A stretch of 64,000 nucleotides of DNA from Patescibacteria group bacterium (GCA_040752125.1 JBFMFK010000003.1:19034-83033), one strand, 5' to 3'. Positions 27,999-38,384 are shown, counted from the stretch's first letter. Program-made: numbers and translations. The notes: generated from the letters alone by a model not told the origin.

Positions 27999-29465
27999 AT
28001 GAGTTCGTTTGAGGAATTACGGAAAGGGAGATTGGAAAAATTAAATCTTCTCAGAGAAAAAGGCGTGGACCCTTTTCCTATATCCATTCGGAGAGATTTT
28101 TCTATTATTGAGGCATTAAAAGATTTTCCCAAATTATCCAAAAAGAAAAAACAATCTTTTGTCTGCGGAAGGGTAATGGCGATACGCGAGCACGGGGGCT
28201 CTATTTTTTTTGACATTAGTGACGGTGACGCAATAATGCAGGCCTATATCAAAAAAGATGAAATAGGAAAGGAACAATTTTCTCTTTTTCAAGAAACCAT
28301 TGATATCGGTGATTTTGTAGAGCTTAAAGGATTATTTTTTAAGACAAAGAAAAAGGAAAAAACAATAAAAGTTTCTCAATGGAGGATTATCGCAAAATCC
28401 TTAAGACCTTTGCCGGACAAATGGCACGGCTTGCAGGATGTTGAAGAAAGATTCAGAAAAAGATATCTGGATTTATTGATGAACAAAGAAATAAAAGGAA
28501 GATTTTTGCTGCGTTCTAAAATTATCTCAGAGATGAGAAACTATCTTGATAAAGAAGGTTTTCTGGAAGTGGAAACGCCGGTTTTGCAGCATTTGGCAGG
28601 CGGAGCATTGGCCGAGCCTTTTAAAACCCATCATAATGCTTTGGATATAGATTTATATCTCCGCATTGCGCCTGAACTTTATTTAAAAAAATTATTGATT
28701 GGAGAATTTACAAAAATTTATGAAATAGGAAGAAATTTCAGAAATGAGGGGATTGATGTTACTCATAATCCTGAATTTACCATGCTTGAATTGTACGAAG
28801 CATATAGAGACGCGGAATATTTAAGAAAATTTTCAGAAAAAATGATAAAAACTATAGTCAAGAAGATTTTGGGTAAAAAAGAATTTGAATTTAGAGCAGA
28901 GAAGATATCTTTTAGAAAAAAATTCAATATTGTTTCCTATTTAGATATTCTTAAGTATTATACTTTAATAATTGAACCAGAAAAAATGTCGCGCGAAGAT
29001 TTTGTGCTGAAATCTAAGCAATTTGGAATCAAGACAGAAGATTTTGAGACTAAAGAAAAAATAATGGACAATATTTTTAAAAAAATATGCCGGCCAAAAA
29101 TAATCCAGCCGACATTTGTTATTGACTACCCAACAGGATCATCGCCTTTAGCCAAAAGAAAGGAAAAAGATAAAAACTTAATTGACAGATTTCAATTGAT
29201 AATAGGCGGCTTGGAAATTATTAATGGCTTTTCTGAACTTAATGACCCTCTTGAACAAAAAGAAAGATTTAAAGAACAGGATAAAGCCAAAGAAAAAGGA
29301 GAAAAAGAAGTTTCTCCCAGTGATGAGGATTATCTTGAAGCAATAGAATACGGACTGCCGCCAGCTGCCGGTCTTGGTGTCGGCATAGACCGTCTGGTTA
29401 TGCTTCTTGCCAATACTCACAACATTCGCGAAGTCATTCTTTTCCCGACCTTAAGACCAAAATAA
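27999..29465 (+). CDS. lysS: Lysine--tRNA ligase (class II)
   Basis: YLRIAPELYLK, FRNEG, HNPEF, IREVILFP. Confidence 0.97.
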   Translation: MSSFEELRKGRLEKLNLLREKGVDPFPISIRRDFSIIEALKDFPKLSKKKKQSFVCGRVMAIREHGGSIFFDISDGDAIMQAYIKKDEIGKEQFSLFQETIDIGDFVELKGLFFKTKKKEKTIKVSQWRIIAKSLRPLPDKWHGLQDVEERFRKRYLDLLMNKEIKGRFLLRSKIISEMRNYLDKEGFLEVETPVLQHLAGGALAEPFKTHHNALDIDLYLRIAPELYLKKLLIGEFTKIYEIGRNFRNEGIDVTHNPEFTMLELYEAYRDAEYLRKFSEKMIKTIVKKILGKKEFEFRAEKISFRKKFNIVSYLDILKYYTLIIEPEKMSREDFVLKSKQFGIKTEDFETKEKIMDNIFKKICRPKIIQPTFVIDYPTGSSPLAKRKEKDKNLIDRFQLIIGGLEIINGFSELNDPLEQKERFKEQDKAKEKGEKEVSPSDEDYLEAIEYGLPPAAGLGVGIDRLVMLLANTHNIREVILFPTLRPK

Positions 29466-29509
29466 TCTATTTAGCATCCGCATCCGATTTTCGATTTTCG
29501 ATGTTTAAT

Positions 29510-29543
29510 CGAACTTATATTTGCTATAGCAGATATAAGTACA
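29510..29543 (-). repeat. Solo copy of the PaaX-like-gene-flanking hairpin
   Basis: Minus strand reads TGTACTTATA-TCTGCTATAGCAAA-TATAAGTTCG. Confidence 0.75.
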
Positions 29544-29604
29544 TTTAAATATAAATACATTACAAATGTTACCTTTTTTTATTCACTAAATTCCTTTGTG
29601 GAAG

Positions 29605-29699
29605 TTATCCACAATCTTTTATTTGGAAAATAAAGAAAAGTGGAGTATAGTGTTAATAAAGTGGTAGATTGTGGATAATTGTGTGGATAATGTGGATAA
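29605..29699. promoter_or_regulatory. mraZ upstream region: GTGG repeats (MraZ-box-like) overlapping four perfect DnaA boxes
   Basis: TTATCCACA 29605-13; TGTGGATAA 29670-78, 29682-90, 29691-99; GTGG at ~10-bp spacing. Confidence 0.7.
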
Positions 29700-29723
29700 C
29701 TCTCATTTATACGGAAAAATATT

Positions 29724-30158
29724 ATGCTTATTGGTGAATACAAACATAGTCTTGACCCTAAGAAAAGGGTAGCCATCCCTGCAAAATTTAGAAAGGAAAT
29801 AGGAAAAAAAGCAGTAATCACTCGAGGATTAGATCAGTGTCTTTTCATATATCCAATGAATGAATGGGGAAAGGTGGCCGAAAAACTTAGCGAGCTACCG
29901 ACCGGCTCATCTGATACAAGAAATTTCGTCCGCCTTTTCCTGTCAGGTGCAAGTGATGTAGAAATTGATGCTTTAGGAAGAGTCTTGATTCCGGATTATC
30001 TTAAAAAATTTGCCGGCCTGAAGGAAAAAGCAGTTATTGTAGGTATGCATAAGCGATTAGAAATATGGAGCGAGGAGAACTGGGAGAATTATAAACAGCG
30101 CATAGAAAAACAGACAGACATTCTGGCAGAAAAATTAGGAGAATTAGGAGTATATTAA
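29724..30158 (+). CDS. mraZ: Division/cell wall cluster regulator MraZ
   Basis: LDPKKRVAIPAKFR, IDALGRVLIP, RLEIW. Confidence 0.97.
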   Translation: MLIGEYKHSLDPKKRVAIPAKFRKEIGKKAVITRGLDQCLFIYPMNEWGKVAEKLSELPTGSSDTRNFVRLFLSGASDVEIDALGRVLIPDYLKKFAGLKEKAVIVGMHKRLEIWSEENWENYKQRIEKQTDILAEKLGELGVY

Positions 30159-30161
30159 TTT

Positions 30162-31067
30162 ATGCTTCATAAGCCTGTTCTTTTAAAAGAAGTAGTAGGA
30201 TATCTGAATCTTAAGCTAGGCGATACTGTTTTGGATGCAACAATAAATGGAGGTGGACATGCAGAAAAAATTGTAGAAAGAATCGGCAATGATGGAACAT
30301 TAATTGGTATAGATCAAGATGCGGTGATATTAGAAAAACTTAAATTAAAAATTAAAAATTTAAAATTTAAAGATAATGTAGTTTTAATAAATGGAAATTT
30401 TAGAGATTTAGATAAACTTTTAGAACTTTTAAAGATAAAAAAAATAAACGGAGCGTTATTTGATCTAGGAATGAGCTCAATCCAATTGGAAGACTCAGGC
30501 CGAGGATTCACATTTATGAAAGATGAACCTCTATTAATGACTTACAAATCAGAGATCGCCAGCAGTGATTTAACAGCAAGAGATATATTAAATCAATGGA
30601 GCGAAGAGGATCTAACACAAATCCTATTCAAATATGGCGAAGAAAGATATGCCAGAAAAATAGCGAGAGCGATTATTAAAAAGAGAAAGAAAAAGAAAAT
30701 AGAAACTACTACAGAATTAAAAGAGATAATAGAAAAAAATGTTCCGCCATCTTATCGCCATAAAAAAGGTATAAGCCCTGTCACAAAAACATTTCAGGCA
30801 TTAAGGATCACAGTCAATGATGAACTAAATGCACTAAAAGAGGGAGTCGGAAAAGTTTGGAAGATTATGAAACCCGGTTCAAGATTGGTAGTAATATCAT
30901 TTCATTCACTTGAAGATAGAATAATTAAGAATTTTTTTAAAGATAAAAAAAATAATGGAGGGGGAATCATTCTAACAAAAAAACCAATAGTGCCGTCAAG
31001 CGAAGAAATAAAGATAAATCCAAAATCACGTAGTGCAAAATTAAGAGCTATAGAAAAAATAAAATGA
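30162..31067 (+). CDS. rsmH: 16S rRNA C1402 methyltransferase RsmH
   Basis: HKPVLL, DATINGGGH, DLGMSS, SFHSLEDR, SRSAKLR. Confidence 0.97.
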   Translation: MLHKPVLLKEVVGYLNLKLGDTVLDATINGGGHAEKIVERIGNDGTLIGIDQDAVILEKLKLKIKNLKFKDNVVLINGNFRDLDKLLELLKIKKINGALFDLGMSSIQLEDSGRGFTFMKDEPLLMTYKSEIASSDLTARDILNQWSEEDLTQILFKYGEERYARKIARAIIKKRKKKKIETTTELKEIIEKNVPPSYRHKKGISPVTKTFQALRITVNDELNALKEGVGKVWKIMKPGSRLVVISFHSLEDRIIKNFFKDKKNNGGGIILTKKPIVPSSEEIKINPKSRSAKLRAIEKIK

Positions 31068-31387
31068 CAACCTTAATCAAAACAATTCCATATCAGATCT
31101 TAGATGAAGATAAAAGAAAAATCTTGTCTCGTTTATTTTTGGTAATTATTGCATTCTCGTCCATATTTTATGTCTATTTCGCAGGATTGACCATTAAGCA
31201 AATGCTGGAAAAAAACAAAAATGAAGAACATTTTAAACTGATCAATAGAGAATATCAACAAAATGAGGAGAAATATTTCAGAATTCTTGCTCAATTAGAC
31301 CTAGAACAAGCCCGTTTATTAGGATTCATTGACCCAAAGAAGGGAGAATTTATAGTCTATCAATCTGCCGCTGTTGCTCGCAGATAA
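31064..31387 (+). CDS. FtsL-like membrane protein
   Basis: TM + coiled coil ending ARLLGF, between rsmH and ftsI. Confidence 0.6.
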   Translation: MTTLIKTIPYQILDEDKRKILSRLFLVIIAFSSIFYVYFAGLTIKQMLEKNKNEEHFKLINREYQQNEEKYFRILAQLDLEQARLLGFIDPKKGEFIVYQSAAVARR

Positions 31388-31388
31388 C

Positions 31389-33104
31389 ATGAGGCGAGAC
31401 AGTATTGTTCGTCGTATTAGAATAACGTATTTTTTTCTTTTTATTATCGGCGCCTTTTTTATCGCGCGTCTTTTTTTTATTCAGGTGATCCACGGACAAT
31501 CCTATAGGGAGATGGCCAATCAACAATATATTTCACCGTCTAGTCATTATTTTGATAGGGGTATTATCCATTTTAAAAAAAAAGATGGGCAATTAATTTC
31601 TGCTGCAACAATCAAAACAGGCTACCTTTTGGCTATTAATCCGAAGCTGATAGAAAATGCCGAAGATATCTATGAAAAGATTTCAATAATCACCGCGATA
31701 GATAAAGAATTATTTTTAAAATCAGTATCAAAAAAGGATGATCCTTACGAAGAAATTAAACATCGTCTTAATGAAGATGAGGCAAAGAGAATCCAAAAAC
31801 TGGGAATAAATGGAGTCGGCATCCATTCTGAAACATGGAGGTATTATCCTGCACAAAATCTCGCCTCAAGTGTTCTGGGTTTCGTCGGATATAATGGAGA
31901 CAAATTGGAAGGAAGATATGGTCTTGAAAAATACTATGAATCAATTTTAAAAAGAGGGGGGGGCGGAAATCTTAAAATAAATTCATTTGCTGAGACAATA
32001 ATTGATATCAAAAATTTGGTAGGGAATAATTCTCAAGAAGGCGATATTATCCTGACTATTGATCCTGAAGTCCAGACCTTTTTGGAAAATAATCTTAACG
32101 AACTCCTGAAAAAATATGATGCTCAACTAGCCGGGGGTATTATTATTGAACCAAAAACAGGGAAAATACTGGCAATGGCTGCAAAGCCTGATTTTGACCC
32201 AAATAATTATGCTGAAATTAAAAATCTCTCTTTCTTTCTCAATCCTAATGTACAGAACACCTTTGAAATGGGATCAATAATGAAAGCGCTGACGCTTGCT
32301 GCCGGTTTAGATTTAAATAAGATTACTCCCCAGAGTACTTATAGAGATGAAGGCTTTGTGATCTTGAATAATAAGCGCATAGAAAATTATGACAGCAAGG
32401 GGCGCGGCCTAGTTGATATGCAAACAGTGTTAAATAAATCTTTAAATACGGGAGCGGTATTCGTGATGCAACAGATAGGGAAAGAAAATTTTTATAATTA
32501 CATCCTTAATTATGGTCTAGGAGAAAAAACCGGCATTGATCTGCCAGACGAAGTATCTGGTTTGATTTCTAATCTTAAAAGTGACAGAGAGGTGGAATAT
32601 GCCACTGCCTCTTTTGGTCAGGGTATTGCTGTCACGCCAATTGAAATGGCCTGCGCCCTGTCTGCCTTGGCCAATGGCGGATTGCTAATGAAACCGTATA
32701 TTATTGATGAAATCAGAAGCGAGGATGGAGTCTCTAGAAAAAAAATAGAGCCAATAGAAAAAAGAAGAGTTTTAAAACAGGAAACTTCTGAAGAAATAAG
32801 CAGGATGCTGGTTAAAGTAACAGATGAGGCGCTTGTTAATGGCGCCTACAAAATGGATCATTATACCATTGCTGCGAAAACAGGCACGGCCCAGATGCAC
32901 AAAGAAGATCAAAAAGGTTATTACGAAAATGAATATATACATTCATTCTTTGGATATGCGCCAGCCTTTGATGCAAGATTTTTAATCCTGCTCTATCTGG
33001 TAAAACCTCAAGGCGTTGCCTATGCCTCTCATTCATTGACAGAGCCTTTTATCAATATTTTGAAATTTTTACTGAATTATTATCAGGTTCCGCCAGACAG
33101 ATGA
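31389..33104 (+). CDS. ftsI: Division transpeptidase FtsI/PBP3
   Basis: GSIMK, SLN, KTGT; dcw position; ATG 31389 preferred. Confidence 0.9.
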   Translation: MRRDSIVRRIRITYFFLFIIGAFFIARLFFIQVIHGQSYREMANQQYISPSSHYFDRGIIHFKKKDGQLISAATIKTGYLLAINPKLIENAEDIYEKISIITAIDKELFLKSVSKKDDPYEEIKHRLNEDEAKRIQKLGINGVGIHSETWRYYPAQNLASSVLGFVGYNGDKLEGRYGLEKYYESILKRGGGGNLKINSFAETIIDIKNLVGNNSQEGDIILTIDPEVQTFLENNLNELLKKYDAQLAGGIIIEPKTGKILAMAAKPDFDPNNYAEIKNLSFFLNPNVQNTFEMGSIMKALTLAAGLDLNKITPQSTYRDEGFVILNNKRIENYDSKGRGLVDMQTVLNKSLNTGAVFVMQQIGKENFYNYILNYGLGEKTGIDLPDEVSGLISNLKSDREVEYATASFGQGIAVTPIEMACALSALANGGLLMKPYIIDEIRSEDGVSRKKIEPIEKRRVLKQETSEEISRMLVKVTDEALVNGAYKMDHYTIAAKTGTAQMHKEDQKGYYENEYIHSFFGYAPAFDARFLILLYLVKPQGVAYASHSLTEPFINILKFLLNYYQVPPDR

Positions 33105-34195
33105 TAAAAAAAGAATACGATAAATTTTTATTGATCATTGTAGGTATTTTTATAATATCCGGAGTTTTTATCTTGACGTCTGCTTCAACTGGACTTTTAA
33201 GCAGAAATGGAAACGTCAGTTTATCAAACATTTTATTTCGACAGTTTGTCCTCGGACTTGGTGAAGGGATAATTCTTTTTTTAATCACGAGTCGCATCCA
33301 TTATAAAAAATGGAAAAAATTTGCATTAATAATCTTTCTCATCTCTTTTTTACTGACTGTCCTGGTCTTTGAGTCACATATCGGTTTTGGCCATGGAGGG
33401 GCAAGGAGGTGGCTTAATATAGGACAGTTTTTCTTTCAACCATCTGAATTGCTCAAGCTTGCCTTCATTATATATCTGGCTTCCTGGCTGAGCACCAGAC
33501 AAGAACATGTACAATCTTTTAAATTTGGTCTTGTTCCCTTTTTGATCATCGTCGGATTGGTGGGTCTTGTTTTAATCAAGCAGCCTGATATAGGCACATT
33601 GGGTGTCGTTGCTATAACCAGTCTGACTATGTTTTTTATTGGCGGAGGCCGGCTGAGCCAGATTGCCTTTACAATTTTCTTGGGAGTAATTTTAGTTTAT
33701 ATTCTCACTCTCACTTATCCTCACGTTGCTAACAGATTGGTCGTTTTTTTAAATCCTTCAGCAGATCCTCAAGGAATAGGATATCAGATGAAACAGTCGC
33801 TTATTGCCATTGGTTCAGGCGGTCTTCTGGGAAGAGGTTTTGGCATGAGTGTGCAAAAATTTTATTATCTTCCCGAGCCAATAGGAGATTCTATCTTTGC
33901 TGTTTTTGCAGAGGAATTTGGTTTTATGGGAAGTTTGTTTTTAATAGGCCTTTTTATGTTCTTTCTTTACAGAGGTTTTTCTATTGTTTTGAAAGTACCT
34001 GATCAATTTGCTAGACTCTTAGGCTCAGGAATTGTTATACTAATAGTAGCCCAGAGCTTGATTAATATTGGATCAATGACGGGCATTATACCATTAACTG
34101 GTCTGCCCTTGGTTTTTATTAGCCAAGGGGGTTCATCCTTGGCAATGGCAATGGCAGAAGTCGGAATTTTATTCAATATTTCCCGATATGTATAA
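33101..34195 (+). CDS. ftsW: SEDS protein FtsW
   Basis: GARRW, QPSE, QPDIG, DSIFAV, LPLVFISQGGSS. Confidence 0.92.
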   Translation: MIKKEYDKFLLIIVGIFIISGVFILTSASTGLLSRNGNVSLSNILFRQFVLGLGEGIILFLITSRIHYKKWKKFALIIFLISFLLTVLVFESHIGFGHGGARRWLNIGQFFFQPSELLKLAFIIYLASWLSTRQEHVQSFKFGLVPFLIIVGLVGLVLIKQPDIGTLGVVAITSLTMFFIGGGRLSQIAFTIFLGVILVYILTLTYPHVANRLVVFLNPSADPQGIGYQMKQSLIAIGSGGLLGRGFGMSVQKFYYLPEPIGDSIFAVFAEEFGFMGSLFLIGLFMFFLYRGFSIVLKVPDQFARLLGSGIVILIVAQSLINIGSMTGIIPLTGLPLVFISQGGSSLAMAMAEVGILFNISRYV

Positions 34196-34201
34196 GCTAC
34201 T

Positions 34202-35329
34202 ATGAAAATAATCCTTACGGGCGGAGGCACAGGAGGACATTTTTATCCTATTCTCGCTGTTATAGATGCAATAAATATGCTTGCGGAGCAAAAGAAAATG
34301 TTGCCTCCGGAGATAGTTTTTATGTCTGATTCTCCTTATGATTCTGCTGAATTGGTAAAACGCGGGGTACGTTTCAAGAGAATCTATGCCGGAAAGATCA
34401 GACGTTATTTTTCTTTAAGAAATTTCCCTGACATTCTTAAAACTTTAGCAGGAATCATAAAGGCGGTTGTGATTGTTTACCTAGATTTTCCTGATATCAT
34501 CTTCAGCAAGGGCGGCTATGTCAGCTTCCCAGTTATCTTTGCAGCAAAAATTTTTGGTATGCCTCTGGTTATCCATGAATCAGATGCAGTACCTGGGAAA
34601 GTAAACCAATGGGCAGGAAAATTCGCCAGAGGAATAGCTATTTCTTTCCCGCAGACAATCAAATATTTCCCCAAAGAAAAAACCGCCTATACAGGCAATC
34701 CAATTAGAAAAGGATTTTCTGTTCCCCTAAAAACGGGTTCAAGGGAAATATTAAAACTGGAGGAAAATCTCCCGGTTATTCTCGTCCTCGGCGGATCACA
34801 AGGGGCAAGGGCGATCAATGATCTCATTCTTGATGTACTGCCTGAATTGATTCAAAAATACCAGATTATCCATCAATGCGGAGAAAATAATTTTGAGGAT
34901 GTCAAAAAAAGAATATCTATTATTTTAGATAAATCTTCATTAAGCCATAGATATCATCTTTTTAAATATCTCAAAGAAGATTTATTGAGGATGGCTTATG
35001 GCAGTGCCAATTTAGTCATTTCTAGGGCGGGTTCGGGTTCAATTTTTGAGATTGCTACTTCTGGTTTGCCCAGCATTCTTATTCCACTTCCTCATGCAGC
35101 CCAGGATCATCAAAGAGAAAATGCACAGGCATATGCAGAGACCGGAGCCACAGAGATTATTGAACAGAATAATCTTACGCCTCATATTCTGCTTTCTGAA
35201 ATAGAAAAAATAATATCTAATAAAAAATTAATGGAAGATATGTCTAAGACAGCAAAAAATTTCTCCAAGCCAGATGCTGCAGAAAAAATAGCCAAAGAAA
35301 TTTTAGTTATTACTTTGGAACATTCTTAA
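34202..35329 (+). CDS. murG: MurG glycosyltransferase
   Basis: GGGTGGH, KGGYVS, GNPIR, GGSQGA, HQRENA. Confidence 0.97.
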   Translation: MKIILTGGGTGGHFYPILAVIDAINMLAEQKKMLPPEIVFMSDSPYDSAELVKRGVRFKRIYAGKIRRYFSLRNFPDILKTLAGIIKAVVIVYLDFPDIIFSKGGYVSFPVIFAAKIFGMPLVIHESDAVPGKVNQWAGKFARGIAISFPQTIKYFPKEKTAYTGNPIRKGFSVPLKTGSREILKLEENLPVILVLGGSQGARAINDLILDVLPELIQKYQIIHQCGENNFEDVKKRISIILDKSSLSHRYHLFKYLKEDLLRMAYGSANLVISRAGSGSIFEIATSGLPSILIPLPHAAQDHQRENAQAYAETGATEIIEQNNLTPHILLSEIEKIISNKKLMEDMSKTAKNFSKPDAAEKIAKEILVITLEHS

Positions 35330-35331
35330 AA

Positions 35332-36729
35332 ATGGAAAGATCTTCAATCAAAGATTTAAAAAATAAAATAGGAAAGAGTGTGAAAATTTCCGGCTGGGTA
35401 GATGCACGAAGAGACCATGGTAAATTGATTTTTCTTGACCTGCGCGATGCGGGTGAAAAAGTGCAAACAGTAATCCTGCCTGAGAAAAAAGAAGTCCATC
35501 ATTTAGGAGAAAAAATTAGGCCCGAATGGATTTTAGAAATGATAGGGGAAGTCAAAAAACGCCCTGAGAAAATGGTCAATCCAGAGCTGTTGCTCGGAGA
35601 TATAGAAATTGAAATTGATAAGATAATAATTCTAAATCAATCAAAAACGCCCCCATTTGATTTAAGCACTAGTGGCTATGAAGTTGATGAGGAAATCCGT
35701 CTTCTATACCGTTATCTGGATCTGCGGCGGCAGAGACTCCAGAAAAATTTAAAAATTCGCCATGAAATAATAAAATTTATCCGCGATGAACTTTCAGAAA
35801 GGGGCTTTATAGAAATAGAAACTCCGCTTTTAACTAAATCTACACCAGAAGGAGCGCGCGATTATGTAGTGCCTTCACGCCTTCACCCAGGAAAATTTTA
35901 TGCTCTTCCGCAATCGCCCCAGCAATACAAACAGCTTTTAATGGTCGCCGGGATAGAAAAATATTTTCAAATCGCCAAGTGTCTGCGCGATGAAGATACC
36001 AGAGGAGACAGACAGCCGGAATTTACACAGTTGGATCTGGAGATGAGTTTTATTGATGAAAATGAAGTAATGAATTTAATTGAAGAAATGATGATCAAAA
36101 TTATTGAGAAATTTTTTCCAAACAATAGAATTTTAAAAAGGCCCTTCCCAAGAGAAAAATACGGCGATGTCATTAAGAATCATCAAACTGACGCTCCAGA
36201 TATTAGAAACAATAAAAGCAATAATGCTGAATTGGCATTTTTGTGGGTGACAGATTTTCCTCTTTTTGAATATTCTGACAAAGAAAAAAGATTAGTTTCA
36301 GTTCATCATCCTTTTACCAGTCCGCATTTGGATGAAATTGAAATGTTGGATAAATTTCCCAAACAAATAAGAGCAAGAGCATATGATTTGGTTTTGAATG
36401 GTTTTGAGATAGGCGGCGGATCAATCAGAATATACCAAAGAGATTTGCAGGAAAAGATTTTTAAAATTTTGGGCATTAAGCCAAAGGTTTATAATACACA
36501 ATTCGGGCATTTACTTGAGGCATTTGAATTCGGCGTTCCACCACACGGCGGAATCGCTTTGGGTTTAGACAGATTGATCGCTATTCTTCAAGATGAACCC
36601 AATATCCGCGAAGTTATTGCTTTTCCAAAAACCGGCGACGGAAGAGACCTAATGATGAATGCGCCAACAGAAATTGACAAAGAACAACTCAAAGAACTGG
36701 ACATTGAAATCAAAAAAAAGAAATATTAA
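35332..36729 (+). CDS. aspS: Aspartate--tRNA ligase (compact, no GAD insert)
   Basis: STPEGARDY, LPQSPQQYKQ, DRQPEFTQLD, PPHGGIALG. Confidence 0.95.
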   Translation: MERSSIKDLKNKIGKSVKISGWVDARRDHGKLIFLDLRDAGEKVQTVILPEKKEVHHLGEKIRPEWILEMIGEVKKRPEKMVNPELLLGDIEIEIDKIIILNQSKTPPFDLSTSGYEVDEEIRLLYRYLDLRRQRLQKNLKIRHEIIKFIRDELSERGFIEIETPLLTKSTPEGARDYVVPSRLHPGKFYALPQSPQQYKQLLMVAGIEKYFQIAKCLRDEDTRGDRQPEFTQLDLEMSFIDENEVMNLIEEMMIKIIEKFFPNNRILKRPFPREKYGDVIKNHQTDAPDIRNNKSNNAELAFLWVTDFPLFEYSDKEKRLVSVHHPFTSPHLDEIEMLDKFPKQIRARAYDLVLNGFEIGGGSIRIYQRDLQEKIFKILGIKPKVYNTQFGHLLEAFEFGVPPHGGIALGLDRLIAILQDEPNIREVIAFPKTGDGRDLMMNAPTEIDKEQLKELDIEIKKKKY

Positions 36730-36730
36730 T

Positions 36731-37076
36731 GACCTAATGACCTAAACCTTGTTTAGGTCAAGACAAAAATTGAGATTGAAGTTTGGGGATATCTTGCATC
36801 CAACACCACCCCTAATTGCACGTTGGTTATTTGGTATGAATGCGCAAGTTTGTTGCCAAGACCACTTTTACGTCCAGGCTCTGATATTAGCGATGCCAAA
36901 TGGGTGACAAAAAGAGAAGTAAAAAAATTTTGCGATTCTGACGTCATTTCTCTATGGCCAAAAGAAATTAAAAAATATTTCGGAGTTAAAATAAGGTAGC
37001 CTAAAGCTACCTTTTTTATTTATTATTTAGAAAACTCAGCCCATGCCCCAAACTTAGTTTAGGTCAAATTTAGGTC
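36731..37076. repeat. Pair of 21-bp GACCTAAAC-n3-GTTTAGGTC palindromes bracketing the fragment
   Basis: 36739-59 and 37045-65 (17/21 identical), with extra outer half-sites at 36731 and 37069. Confidence 0.75.
36757..36999 (+). pseudogene. 5'-truncated gene fragment, NUDIX-hydrolase-like C-terminal half
   Basis: Open frame without a start at its 5' end: ...IEIEVWGYLAS...WYEC...RPGSDISDAKWV...KIR*; followed by terminator 36993-37017. Confidence 0.55.
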
Positions 37077-37114
37077 AATTGAAAAAAACAGAAAAAATGT
37101 TAAAATAATTAGGT

Positions 37115-37825
37115 ATGTATGCAGTAAAAGTAGGGCAGTTTGAGGGACCGTTGGATCTGCTTTTAGAACTTATAGAAAGACACAAATTGTCAATCAATGA
37201 TATCTCCCTGGCGCAAATCACTGACCAATATTTAGAGCATCTTAAGCAATTAGATGGTTTTCCCATAGAAGAAGTGGCGCTTTTTATCACCATCGCCTCA
37301 ACATTAATACTGATTAAATCACACTCTTTAATACCTTCAATGGAATTAACCCCTGAAGAAGAAGAGAATATTGAAGAACTTGAGGAACGATTGAGGATAT
37401 ACAGACAGATTAAGACACTTTCCATCCATATAAAACAGATATTTTACAAAAACCCAGTTTTTGCAAGAGAGGGTTTTAAAAATATAACAATAGGCTTTAT
37501 AGAGCCGAAGGGCATATCTGTGGATAACTTATATGTCATATTTAAGAATGTAATAGATAGATTGCCTAAAGAAAACTGCCTTCCTGAAGTGAAAGTAAAA
37601 AAGATTATCAGTTTAGAGGAAAAAATAAAAGAATTGGCCGGCAGGATACAAGGTCAATTGGAACTCTCTTTCAGAGAGTTCGCAACTTCGAGAGCTGATA
37701 TGAAAGATAAAAAAATTGAAATGATAATAAGTTTTCTGGCGATGCTGGAAATGATCAAAAGAGAAATAATCATTGTGAATCAAATAGAATTATTCGGCGA
37801 AATCAATATTTGCAGATATGAATGA
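37115..37825 (+). CDS. scpA: Segregation and condensation protein A
   Basis: FEGPLDLLLELI, FLAMLEM. Confidence 0.93.
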   Translation: MYAVKVGQFEGPLDLLLELIERHKLSINDISLAQITDQYLEHLKQLDGFPIEEVALFITIASTLILIKSHSLIPSMELTPEEEENIEELEERLRIYRQIKTLSIHIKQIFYKNPVFAREGFKNITIGFIEPKGISVDNLYVIFKNVIDRLPKENCLPEVKVKKIISLEEKIKELAGRIQGQLELSFREFATSRADMKDKKIEMIISFLAMLEMIKREIIIVNQIELFGEINICRYE

Positions 37826-38384
37826 TCTTGATAAACACATTGAAGCCCTGTTATTTTTAAAAGGTGAGTCAATGACCGTGAGAGAATTGGCGAAATTATT
37901 GAATGTAAAAGAGAAAGAGATAAAAGATACACTTGATATACTTGAGGAAAAATTTTCAGAAAGGGGAGTAAGACTGGTGAAAAAGGACGAATCAGTCATG
38001 ATGGTTACAGCATCCGAATCTTCGAAATTTACAAAGAAACTTGTGGATGAAGAATTTAATTCAGAATTGACAAGAGCCAGCCTAGAAGTATTAACCATCG
38101 TCCTATATCGCAACTCTGTCACCAGAGCAGAGATAGATTACATCAGAGGAGTAAATTCTTCATTTATAATACGCAATCTTCTAATCAGAGGATTAGTAGA
38201 AAGAATCCTCAACCCAAGAGATAGCAGAAGCTATCTTTATAAGCCAACCTTTCAGCTTCTCAATTATCTTGGCGTCAAAGATATCGATGAATTGCCTGAC
38301 AGAGATATCTTAAATAAATCTGTAGATAAAATAAAAAAAGAGAATGAATATAAGAACGAGAACAGCAATAATACTAATTTTTAG
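37818..38384 (+). CDS. scpB: Segregation and condensation protein B
   Basis: IEALLF, LTRASLEVLTIV, IDYIRGVNS. Confidence 0.93.
   Translation: MNDLDKHIEALLFLKGESMTVRELAKLLNVKEKEIKDTLDILEEKFSERGVRLVKKDESVMMVTASESSKFTKKLVDEEFNSELTRASLEVLTIVLYRNSVTRAEIDYIRGVNSSFIIRNLLIRGLVERILNPRDSRSYLYKPTFQLLNYLGVKDIDELPDRDILNKSVDKIKKENEYKNENSNNTNF

Noticed and set aside
29560-29720. Replication origin at the DnaA-box cluster
   Set aside because: No dnaA/dnaN nearby and gene orientation does not switch; the mraZ promoter explains the site more simply.
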